This document shows positions 49,410 to 60,979 of a DNA stretch of 64,000 nt, piece by piece (within the stretch, counting starts at the first letter, position 1; every line of letters begins with the position of its first letter). The stretch comes from Selaginella moellendorffii (taxonomy: Eukaryota; Plantae; Lycopodiophyta): positions 124,001 to 188,000 of the forward strand of contig NW_003314315.1 in the NCBI RefSeq assembly GCF_000143415.4, in the 5' to 3' direction. The notes beneath the pieces were generated by a model, which had not been told where the DNA came from, did not search any database, and worked only from the letters and a program-made list of their open reading frames with translations. The translations under genes were made by a program, and so were the position numbers.

Positions 49410-51410
49410 AGAACCATTTGTCTAGTGGTGTCCACATCCATTCCCAAGTATCTACCTCCCCTTGCTTGCACAAAAAATGCAAAATCTATACTTCTTTCTT
49501 AGCTTTTTCTAGACTATTTCACCCTCCTCTCTTTTCCAATTGTAGGATATGAGCTACTACTGCAGTAATCATTCTAGTCCATAATCGTGATGCTACCAAC
49601 TTTGGCCCTTTATGTTTATCGTTGAAGATTCTGTTACACTTGGCTTTCCAAATTTCCCATAACATAATACCTCATAACAAGTTTACTAACTCTGAAGATA
49701 CTCCTTTTGTGTTTATTCTCATTGTGTTGAGTTGGTCAAACCATGGTACCCCTTTTTGTGTTAAAGACCACTTCCAAGAGTTTATTCCATTTGCATTCTC
49801 GTGGTAACTTTGCCCCACATTGCCGCTTTTTACATGAGACACACTTGTCTTTGGGAATGCTAATGCAGCAACTAGCATGTGCTTCTCCACACATCTTATA
49901 CATTCTCACATTCCTAAAGTATGTGTCTTTGTGTCTCCTTTACCCCATATTTATCACATGATTGGTTTGGGAAATGTATATTTTGTTTAGATGGCAAGTG
50001 ATCTTGTATGACCAACCACATAAAGTATCATGTCTTTGCCACTCATCTTCCTTTCCATAACCCTTTTAGTGTAGCCAACTATATCATATTTTGTATATTG
50101 GTGCATTTCATTCTTGTTATCAATAATGAGTCACTATTTGGCTAAATAAGTCATCTCCCCAATTTTGTTTCATATGTAAATAATTCTTCCTTCTTTTTCC
50201 CTTGCCAATTCCATTTTACTTGATCCCAGACCAACTTACATTAGTTTTGTTGTCTAAACCAATACAATCTGGCTATAAAACCTTCCATTATTGTTGGATC
50301 CATCATTGCCATTTTCTTCTCCATCCTTATTACTTGGATTGGTTCTGCTTTTGACATATCTGATTTTAAACTTTTTGTGGGAACTTTGAATGGTAGCAAT
50401 CAGTCAACTAAGCCAATGTCAAAACTAACACATTTATCCTAATCTTGAGTTGCTATATATATCCTTTTCATTCACTATCCACTATACTAACATCATTTTT
50501 CTAACTTCCCTAATGCTTTGGTTAAAGTACTTTTGTGTTGCATCAAATACTATTTTGAATTTTTTTAGTTGGTATGCCAATATTTCCAGTCTATAGAAAG
50601 TTTTTAGCATGTCTTTGTTTCTTTCCATTTCCCCCACTTTTAATATCAAGTCAGCTTCTGCGAATGTTCTCATTCCGGCATGCTTTGTTTATTCCTTTAT
50701 CTTATGTTTCTCCCAAGCATTTCCCTTTATATTAGAACAATTTGTTGAGAAAAATTAGTTATTAGTCCAACTCATAACTATTTGTCAGTTTTCTCTTTTT
50801 TATCTTCCCCTTGAATTTTTTCCATAACCTTAAAAGCTTCTCTGAGAAAGTATTCATTTTAGCATCTTTAAAGTGTAGTCAAAGAAGAGCCACCTTTCAT
50901 CTTTTCCTTAATTTTACCTTGTGTGCTTTAGTCTATTGGGGATGACCTTTAATAGTTGGTGGTGTAATAGTATGGTTGGTTTCCATGGTTGGTTTCCATA
51001 CATGTTCATATAATGAAAGACTTTGAATAACAAAATCTTGTACTACTCTTTTATATCAATTATATTTATCCCTCCATCCTGTTTTGCTCTTGTGATCAAG
51101 CTCCACCCAATCTTGGCACCTCCTCTTGAGATTGTTGCTATCCCCTTCTATACGTACATTCTAATTAGCTTATTCATGTCTTCCAAAGGTTTTTTTTGTT
51201 TAAATTCCATGATGCTGCCAAAAATCATATTGCCTCTAACACAATATTATTTGCCACTACATATCTTGCCAAAAAAGACAGCTTTCATGATGCTTAGTAT
51301 TTCAATTAATTTCCAAGCTTGTCAACTATTTTTTGATTTTATGGGAGAGGGTCATATTCTTATCCCAAGTACCTTGTTGTTTCATCTTGTTTCAACCACT
51401 TGAAATCTTG
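49410..51410 (-). mobile_element. Degenerate L1-like LINE ORF2 3' portion
   Basis: RYLG..KLSFFGK..KLIR..AKIGWSLITRAKQDGGINIID (RT thumb region) and IMLWEIWKAKCNRIFN (LINE C-terminal motif), with many stops. Confidence 0.7.
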
Positions 51411-54009
51411 TTTCATTTTTGTAAGTTGTGGCAATGGAGCTGTCTTGTGCTTAGTTGGTAGGGGCTGTTTAGTCCTGGGGATAGCTCGACTACTAGGATG
51501 GTTAGAGGTATTGGACCAGTGTTAGTGCTGACCGAAAAATGTGGTGTCAGCAAGGTGAGTTGTGGGGATCCCCTTTGTTGGAGTGGTGTCACTAAGCCAT
51601 AGGGCACTCCATCAATGGTTTGTTCTTTTAGTAGGGCCTAGATGACTTAGTCCCTCTGCTTCATGTTCACAAGGAGGTCACTACCCATGGGAGAGGGGGC
51701 ACAGGATTCAGGAAGTTGTCCTTGGGTCTTGTTTGTGCCTTTGTCCCCATAGGTGCCAAATCCTTCCAACATTGGGGAGGGGTGGTATCTTGTCCGTTGA
51801 TAGTATTATAGTGGATCTCATAGCTAATATTTGTCGGGATGAAGATTCACTGACTCCTTCTTTCACTAACTTGGCTTTCTTTGCAACTGGCTTCTTCCTC
51901 AAAGCTTTGATAGTGTCCACTAAGAATGTTGGGTAGAAACTAGATCGCTCACTATTGGGGCTTTGTCTGTTGCCTTCTCTAAGTCCCAAGGTGTGGGGTA
52001 CATCAAGCTTTGGTGGTGGGGGTGGGGGGTGGGGGGTGGGGGGTATGGATACCTTCGTCCGTGGATACTCCACACAAGAGGAAGGACGTACGCATGGATG
52101 CCCAATACGTACGATTTCAAATTTAGGGAAATCTACACAATGGAAGGATTGGTAGATTGAGTGCGAAAATGGAGGTGCTGGTTCCCCTTGGCTCAGTAGG
52201 GGTTGCTAGTCAATAATCAATGAGGACATTGACATCTTTGAAGGGGGGGTGAGTGTAGTGCATGTGATCATTCCATGTGCTGCGTCAATCAAAAAGCCAA
52301 GCATAATGAAGTTATACTCAACAAGTGATCACTAAACGATCCTCCATGAATCCATCTATAGCAAGACGTAATGCACTTTATAGCAAGCGCAAGATGAATC
52401 ATCAATGATTGATATATCTCAATTCAAACCTAACAAGGATTCAATCACTTCAATATCAATCACTAACACACTATAGTGGGGGGGAGCTTTTGATGGCGAT
52501 TAGGTAAGGTGGGGGATTGGCAAGAAGCCATATGAAGAGTGGTGTTTGAAGAGCAAGGTAGAGTCTGGGAGAGGAGGTGGTTGAAATGAAGTGGTGGAGG
52601 AGTATAGGGGGGTAAGAGGGGGGGGGGGGGGGGGAAGGTATCAACTAGAGTGTGTAGAGAGATGAAGACATAGACCTTAGTGTTGATGTTATTTGTTGTG
52701 TTCTTGTTCCTTTAACTGCTCAGCATTGTGCTCCCACTTTGGTGTTGGTGGAGTGAATTATAGGCTTTTTTCGTTGTGATGAAAGGCAGAATTTTTATTG
52801 TTGGGAATGACCAGATAGTGATGGGGTATGTGGAGCTCTCTAAGGGGGGGCACTTATCAGTGTGTGATTGGTGGCCCATGGATGTGGCTGTCAATTGAAT
52901 TGTGTTGACATCCTCCCTCTTTGGCTGCTATGTGCAAGAATGCCTCGATTTTGTAGAAGTGCTATTAATGATTGGCAACTCGAGGCAGCGCATAAGAACT
53001 CCCAAGGTATATTGTCTCATGGAGGCTTAAATTCTCTTATTTACTTTGTGAAAGTGATGGCTCCACCACTCGATCTAAGTTGTTCATTGGTAGAAAGAGT
53101 GATCATGGCCATCAGTGAGATTTGGATAAATTTGTTCTTTCATGTGCATGTTCGTAGCTTGTCTAGGGGGTGTTCCTTGCTCAAGCTCTTTTGAATGTGC
53201 TTGCTAATGGTGTTGATGTCCAAGAGGTAAAAAGGTCATGTCAGGACATACTTACTTTGCTTCTTATATGCTTTTGCCTCTTTCTAGTGCTTCAAACATC
53301 CTTGCCCTGATCCAGCTTGGTGTGTTTGCTTTTGTGTTCATGATGTGAAGGATAGGGAGAGGAGTTTTTGTTGTCTCCACACTGTGGTCCTTTTTTAACC
53401 TTGCAGGAGAGTGAATTGTATGGGCATCAATCCTATTGGTCTTAGAGGTCTTGAAACGATCCCTTCACTACCCAAATGGATCCGTGCAAATCAATTGTTG
53501 AATAGAGCAAGCTTGAATTAGGGGGGTCGAGTGTAGATCTAGTGAGAGTTGTGAGAGAGGGAATGGTGGAGTATGCACTTTTAGGATTGCACCAGATTAA
53601 GGGGGAGCCAAGAATAACTAAGACCTTAGCACTTCCACAGATGGACAAGATTGCCAAGCATGTATTAAATATGCCTTGGAACCAATGAACCCCAAGGGAA
53701 TCAACTACAAATCCATAGCATCGAGCAGAGGAGCAAGCTTAGATGCTATGGGTGTGAAGAGAGTGAGTGTTTAGAAGGAAAGCACTACTCTGCTACGGCT
53801 TTCATCCCTTGGTCCAACTTTGTCTCTAGTCCAACTTTTTTATATAAGGCGTTTTATTTACTAGTAAAACACCAAAAAACTGGGTATAATTTTGTTGGGC
53901 ACAAAACTAACAAAGAGCCTTTATTTAGGGGGACCTATTATGAAAGTACCTATGGAGAGAGTGGTTGCCCATGAAGTGGATCCCAAAGGTCTGCCCAAAT
54001 GTGTCATCT

Positions 54010-55085
54010 AGAACCATTCATCCAGTGGTGTCTATATCCATTCCTAAGTACTTACCTCCCCTTGCTTCCATAAGAAATGCTATATTTATGCTTCTTTTTT
54101 AACTTTTTCTAGACCATTTCACCTTCTTCTCTTTTCCAATTGTAGGACACGAGTTACTACTATAGTAACCATTGTAGTTTACACTTGTGACACCACCACC
54201 TTTGGCATTTCATGTTTATCTTTGAAGATTTTATTGCACCTAGCTTTCCAAACCTCCCACAATATAATATTTTGCAGCAAATTTACTAATTTTGAGGATA
54301 CTCCTTTTGTGTCTGTTCTCATTGTGTTGAGTTGGTCAAACCATGGTACCTTTTTCGTGTTGAGGACTATTTCTAAAACTCTGTTCCATTTCCCATTCTT
54401 ATAGCAACTTCACCCCATATTAGCACTTCATATGTGAATCACACTTGTCTTTGGGAATGCTATTGTAGTAACTAGCATGTGCTTCTCTACACATCTTGTG
54501 CACTCTCATATTCTTAAAGTATGTGTTTTTGTGTTTCCCTTGCCCTATATTTATTGTATGATTGGTCTAAAAGATGTATATTTTGTTTAGATGGTAGGTG
54601 ATCTTGCATAACCAACCATATAAACTATTTTGTCTTCGCCACCCATTTTCCTTTCCACGACCCTTTTATTGTAGACAGTTGTATCATATTTTGTATATTG
54701 GTGTGTTTCATTCTTGTTATCAACAATGAGTCACTACTTGGCTGAATAAATCATCTCCCCAACTTTGTCTCATATATAAAGAATTATTTCTTCTTTTTCC
54801 CTTGTTAATTAAATTCTGCTAGATCCAACTCACATAATTTTTGTTGTCTAAACCAATATAACTTGGCTATGAAACCTTTTATTATTGTTAGATCCATCAT
54901 TGCCATTTTTTTATCCATCTTTATTACCAAGATAGATTCTGCTTTTGACACATCTAGTCTTATACTTTCCTCATAAACCTTGAATGGTAGTAATCAGCCA
55001 ACTGAGCTAATGTCAAAACTAACATATTTAACCTAATTTTGAGTTGCTGTATATATCACCTTTTCATTCACTATCCACTATACTA
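54010..55085 (-). mobile_element. Second LINE remnant; direct repeat of ~49410-50485
   Basis: Colinear similarity (gaaccatt..agtggtgtc through cactatccactatacta); ORFs 49622 and 54222 are homologous. Confidence 0.75.
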
Positions 55086-55394
55086 GTGTCACTTGTCTGA
55101 CTTCCTCAATGCTTTGGTTGTAGACGATAGGTCAAATTCAAAGAGGTCGGTATACTCCTTTATAAGTTGGTCGACAATTGCAACACAAAAACTATCGAAG
55201 GGATCTGAAAAGGGAATAAAGGAACATGATAAAAATATAGGAGGAAATAATGGGGAGACAAAAGTGATGGAAAAAAAGGTAAAAATAGAGAAATAAAGAA
55301 GAAACAAAAGTGAAGAAATGAAAAAAATATAAAAAGTATAAGACAAAAGGCAGAAACCTCAAAGTCACACTTGACATAATTAAGTGCAACTAAT

Positions 55395-56011
55395 TGTAAG
55401 CTCCCTGAGTTGGACTTCCCGGGAGGTCACCCAGCCCAGTACTATTCAAACCCAAGGACGCTTAACCCCAAATATCCCAAGACCCTTAACCAATTGGAAA
55501 AGGGGGTGCACTCTTATTCATGGGCCCTTTCCCTCTATATTTGAACCCCATGGACCGTCTCTCAAGTCGTTCTCTTTGGTTGCTTACAATCCACCACGCT
55601 TCCCTGCAAGTTCACGCCCTCGTGAACGGAAGCTGAGAGCCGCAGCTCTCCCGAGAGCCCCGCTCTCTTGACACCCTACCCCTCGGGTCGAGCCCAGCGG
55701 GAGCAAACTGGACCAGCCAGATGTCAATCAACATGTGGTGTGATTCCCCTAGCCAACCAACAGAGTCGGACCCGAGACCCCCTCTGATACCAAATGTAAG
55801 CTCCTGAGTTTGGACTTCCCGGGAGGTCACCCAGCCCAGTACTATTCAAACCCAAGGACGCTTAACCCCAAATATCCCAAGACCCTTAACCAATTGGAAA
55901 AGGGGGTGCACTCTTATTCATGGGCCCTTTCCCTCTATATTTGAACCCCATGGACCGTCTCTCAAGTCGTTCTCTTTGGAGCTTACATTAATGTAAGCTC
56001 CTGAGTTTACA
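55395..56011 (-). mobile_element. Cassandra-type TRIM retrotransposon: LTRs 55395-55588 and 55795-55987, ~206 bp non-coding internal domain
   Basis: Near-identical LTRs with TGTAAGC..GCTTACA termini. PBS TGGTATCAGAG (tRNA-iMet) at 55782-55792 on minus. PPT-like GTGGTGGAT next to the left LTR. 5S-like core in each LTR. TSD ctaat at 55390-55394 and 56012-56016. Confidence 0.92.
55412..55466 (-). ncRNA. 5S rRNA-derived Pol III internal promoter (A box, IE, C box) inside the LTR; second copy at 55812-55866. Not a full 5S gene
   Basis: The minus strand reads GTTAAGCGTCCTTGGGTTTGAATAGTACTGGGCTGGGTGACCTCCCGGGAAGTCC, versus plant 5S GTTAAGCGTGCTTGGGCGAGAGTAGTACTAGGATGGGTGACCTCCTGGGAAGTCC. Confidence 0.85.
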
Positions 56012-56355
56012 CTAATCTATACTAAGGATAAAATGAAAATCTTGACTAATGATTGTAACTCAAGCTTGAGATCACCCATATGCATAACTAGATCTGCTTC
56101 ATCCCATGCACATGCATGTAAATGGCCATTACCATAAAGAATGAAAACTAACTCTAAGGTACAACACAAATATAGACAATAATATGTGGCAATATGCCAA
56201 GCAATAAAAGATAAGCTTGAGCTTATATCAACTAACACAGAGAGAATAATAGAAAATTGCTTGTTATAAAAACAAGCTTTGAAAGTAAATACTAGATGAA
56301 CTAATGTTAAATGAACGTCTTGATAATACTCTCAAAAGAAAAATGGAAAATATAA

Positions 56356-56445
56356 ACAACCAAAGGGAATGACTCGAGAGACAATTTATAAGGGTTCAAT
56401 TATAAAGGGAAAGGGCCCATGAATAAGAGTGCACCCCTTTTTCCG
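56356..56445 (+). mobile_element. Older degenerate Cassandra LTR fragment in the opposite orientation (further fragments at ~58065-58105 and ~58230-58270)
   Basis: agggaaagggcccatgaataagagtgcacccc and gtggtggattgtaaacaaccaaagagaa match the LTR and PPT. Confidence 0.7.
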
Positions 56446-56829
56446 GTGTCCTGAAGCAAGTGTTGCACTCAAGGCTTGGGATTTAGAGGGTCCCATGATC
56501 AAGTTTTATTGTACCAAGGGATGTTAGGAACCTAGAAGCTTAGTGTGCTTGGCTGCTTGTGCATACGGGGAATGTAACCAAACATTAAGTCCAGTCTAAC
56601 TTGGGGAAGGGGATTGGGAAAGATTTAGGAATCTGTAGATGGATGGCTAACATTCTGTTGCTCGTGCAGTGAATAGCTAAAACCAAGTAAAACCAAGTAG
56701 GAGCTGGTACAATAAACAGGAACCTTGGCAAGAGAACTTAGCAAAAGCCAAGGCAGTGTTGGTCAGATAGATAAGGTAAGTTGGCAAATTGGAAAGGAAA
56801 AATTTATGGCTTATAGGAAGTTGGTGCTC

Positions 56830-58020
56830 TTGTTAGTGCTTCTGCAATGACTGTTGGATATTTCCTCCTCAATCGAGTAGTGTTTTAACATTCTTGTCCA
56901 GAGTGAATTCTTTCAGATAATGGTCTCGCATTTATGGTTGAGGCATTTCATGTTTTGACGTTTTAGTTGGGGATACGCCACACTTTCACGAGTGCTTATC
57001 ATCCACAATCAAACAGTTTCATAGAATGGTTTGTTCAAACGTTCAAAGAGATAATTGCAAAGTATGTGAACTTTCAGCATTCAGATTGGGATGGTTATTT
57101 GCCGTCTCTTCGGTATATATATGTCACAGAGGTGCAGAGTTCTATTGGTGCTTCACCAAATAAACTCCTATATGATCATGATCCAAAATTACCAATGAAG
57201 CTGAGTTTACCTTTGCGATTGCTATGAACTGCCAATACTAGATCATGGGATTAGTATTTGATGAGCATTCTTCCACTTGTCCAAGCAGATCTGCTAAACA
57301 CTTAGGCCGCATACAAGTGGGACAACAATGGCACTACAATTCTCATCATCGTCCACCTGCGGAGTACAAAGTGAATGACTTAGTGTTAGTTTGTTTTCCC
57401 TATCTTGCGGTATGTGGTTTATTTAAGGAGCTCCTTACTTAGTGGAAAGGACCGTATCGAATGTTGCAGCAAGTTGGACCACAAGTTTATGAGGTTCAAA
57501 CTCAAAGATCAATAGATGGACAATATCAAAGTCATAAACAATAATATCTAAGAGACTTAATTATCAGTGATTAAATCTTAGATTAGAACAATAAGGTATT
57601 TCAAAGTAAGTTATCATCCAATAAACTAGTATTGTAGGATAGGAACCACCAGTATGACATTCAGTAAGATGATCCTCCAAAGATTGTGCATGTGCAGTGA
57701 TTAAAATGCTTTATACAAAGGGATCAAGAACAGTTAATACCACTTACAAATCTGCCAATGCCTCCTCCTAATGTTCCTCCAGATCCCGGCCCATCTACAA
57801 GAGAACCTTGATAGTCTTCCATTATTCCGAGAGGAGGGGATGATGTGAAGGCCAGGTGTATAGCTACAATGTTGTATATTAATATTAGCGAAGTGGGATT
57901 TTGGCAGTCGTTAGATTGGTTTCAATCTGAACCACTTGCTTTTGTATATAAACTAGGGTTTTTGGGTTAATTGATATACACATTTTCTGTATTCCCTTTC
58001 TATATTCCATGCACTCACAG
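56830..58020 (+). mobile_element. Ty3/Gypsy remnant (integrase C-part, PPT at 57829-57840, LTR from ~57844)
   Basis: SDNGLAF..RHTFTSAYHPQSN..DWDGYLP..WKGPYR; purine tract gagaggagggga followed by TG. Confidence 0.8.
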
Positions 58021-59217
58021 TTTGAATAATATTGGGCCCATTACTACTCAAATCTGATATATGATCTATAAGGGTTCAAATTTAAAAGGAAAGGGCTATG
58101 AACAAAAGCCTAAATCTAAAAATCTTGTTAGTATTTGAAAAATTTAGTCAATGTGATACTATTAAAGTTTTATTTGGCTAAAAATAAAATTTAGATTAAA
58201 AAAAAGAAAACATTTAGTACTAGGTTAGTTGAGTGTGGTGGATTGTAAACAACCAAAGAGAATGACTTAAGAAAAAATCTATAAATAAAATTCCAAATCT
58301 AAAAATCTTATTAATATTTGAAAAAGTTGTCCAACATGATACTACTAAAGTGTTATTTAGCTAAAATTAATTGATAAAAAATCAAGAAAATAAATTTAGC
58401 TTAAAACTTATATACTTCATGTATTATTTTAAATAATTCAATTAAAATTATATATTGATGCAGGTAATAAGTTAATTATAACTTTATTAATTTCTCCAAA
58501 GTCTTATACTCATAAATATATCTAAGATTTTTATTTATATTAAAAAAAAATTCCTTATTGGCTTAACTCAATGAGTCAAAAAGTTTCAGTATTAATATTG
58601 TTATTAACTTTAATCCATCTTTAAATCGTTTATATAGATAAAATTGTTTGGGGTTGCAAAAATGCAATATCTGCATCACAAATATACTTTCTAATCTGAC
58701 TTTCAATAATTTTTCAACCAAAAAGAATTTTAAAAACTATTCAATCATAGTAACTTTAAGCTTATTCTAAATTAAAGTCCCAAATCAAACCAACTATTGG
58801 AAATTAAAATCCCAAATAAATCCTTTAGCAATATAATATTAGAAGCCTAAATAAAACCTTGAGAAAATACAATATTAATAATCTCAAATGGAAGCCCTCT
58901 TTATATCTTTGTAAGTTTTAACAGCAGACTTCCAGATTGCTCTTACAATATGATATATCTTTAAAATCCTAGAGTTTCTAAATTATTACTATAAAGCTGA
59001 TTGATGCATAAGCTGTCTTAAAGTGGAAGTTTTATATTATTTTATATTTTTCCCTTGAGCTAACCTTTCCAATAATTCATTTCGTGATCAGTCTAGGAGA
59101 TGAGAAGAAAATAGTAGGAAATTTAGAATTAAACTTGACTACAAATTAGAGAAAGTTCGTGAAGATATTCCAGAATACACTTAAGACTCTAGGTATATTC
59201 CTAATCTTTAACTAAGT

Positions 59218-60440
59218 TTACGTTGCAGTGACGAGCCTGGCAAGGTTCTGCGTATTCTCCATCAACACCTGGAACAGAGAGCTCGTTAGATGAGAGGAGG
59301 GAAGAAAATCGTGTTACCTCACGCATGTACCGCGCTGCAGCTTTCGCTCCCTCCGCCGCAAGTTGGAAGACGTTCTCAAAGTGTTCCAGAGGCAGCTTAG
59401 AATCCATTTGCAGTAACGAGACTTTGTCCACCTTGGGGAACAATGCCACAGTCACGTCCGGGCCACCACCACTGTCCTCGACGTAATTCAGATCTAAACC
59501 AAGAGTAACTAGCAAAAAGCCACAAAGAAGAGAGAAGCTTGTTACCCAGCAAAGGCGTTCCATTGAGGTAACCGGCAGCGCAGGATGCAACGAGATCCCG
59601 CATTGGAATGCCTGCTTCCGCTAAAGCCAGTGCTGCTGCATTGATACATGCTGATCGTGTGCCTTCAAAACAAGAAAAGCAAATTATTTGGAAACGATCT
59701 CCAGAGATTTAGACATCCTTACCTCCATCGGCCTGGAGAACTTGAACATAGATATCGATCTAGTAGAACAGTGGTGAGAAAACTTAAACATCAGTGCAGC
59801 CGCGTACCTGTGATTTGGGCATTAGATTCGTAAGAATTGCCGCTTCTAGGGTCTGCCGGATGACCAGTGATATCTCTGTGGAGCGCCTATCCAAGAAAAG
59901 AGAAAAACGAGTCTTGCGGGATTTATCTCGAGTGGAAACCATACCTGTTTCCTTTGCCTTTCCTTCGGCGATCGCCAGTGCTGAATGCGGCCATGCTATA
60001 TTCGCATCGTACCTATAGTTTTCCTTTCTCGTTTAGAAAAAGAAGAAACGAACAACAAAACGAAGAGCAAAAGATCTTACAAGAGCCCGATCCCAAAGCT
60101 GCTGTGAGCGATTATGGACCTAATAGAAAATCCATTCGCTTGCATCGCTTCCGCAGAGAGGGAGAGAAAGATTACCTCGTGAGGACCATAAACAGCAGCA
60201 ATCACCTTCGTGTTCCCCATCTCAAACATTGCCGATCTGCGTGTAATCGCCAGAGTCAAGAACACCAGAAACTCCAGCTCACCCATTCGCATTCTCCACA
60301 ACGCCGAGCTCCGCGTGGAGCTGCCGCATCTGCGATCCATCACATCAATCAACGCTTGCAGCGAATGGCGCCGCCGCCGTCCCTACCTCCAGCGGCCGCC
60401 GCCCATCGAGGCGCAAGCCTTCCGGCCCCACGAACTCCAT
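59218..60440 (-). CDS. RRP41: Exosome complex exonuclease RRP41 (RNase PH family)
   Basis: [18 protein letters not shown]|[50 protein letters not shown] and [16 protein letters not shown]. Confidence 0.93.
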
Positions 60441-60466
60441 GGCGAATTTTAGGGCATACGCTTAAA

Positions 60467-60536
60467 ACACGTCACACGTAAGCCCTAATATATTGTACCC
60501 TATTTTGAAGTGAAATTAATGGTGTCAACACGTGGC
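60467..60536. promoter_or_regulatory. ABRE/G-box cluster in the RRP41/PP2C divergent intergenic region
   Basis: ACACGTGGC at 60528-60536 plus ACACGTCA and CACACGTA at 60467-60480, upstream of a clade A PP2C. Confidence 0.55.
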
Positions 60537-60979
60537 GCCCGCGCAACAGTGGGCCCGTAGCACGCCTCGTGGACCAACGAGAAGAGCCCACATTGCATTG
60601 GAGAGTACACACAGGTGTCCGCTTGTGGGGCATGGAGGGGCTGCCCGCCTGCCCGAGAGGGCTGCCCAGCCCTGCCCGGGGGTGAGAGAAGAGAGCGAGG
60701 GCGTCGAGGCGCGAAAGAAAAAGGGCAGAGGACTCATGAGTGACGCGCGTTCCTGGTGCCAATGGCGGGCGAGGAAGGCAAGCAGCGCCTAAATCTCCTG
60801 TGCTGCGGCCTCTGGTGTGGATTCATGTGGTGGGAGGAGCGGCGTGTGACCTGATCGTCATAGGGATCGCCTCTATTCTCGCTACGGTACGTTCACTCCT
60901 AGATTCACGGTCCTAGGGGAGGAATTCTCGCATTCATCGGCCAGATCGGGCAGGGCAGGGGCTTGCGTTGCTCTAGATT

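Noticed and set aside
55412-55866. 5S rRNA genes or a tandem rDNA array
   Set aside because: Only ~55 nt of 5S similarity, embedded in TG..CA LTRs with a PBS and TSD; this is a Cassandra TRIM.
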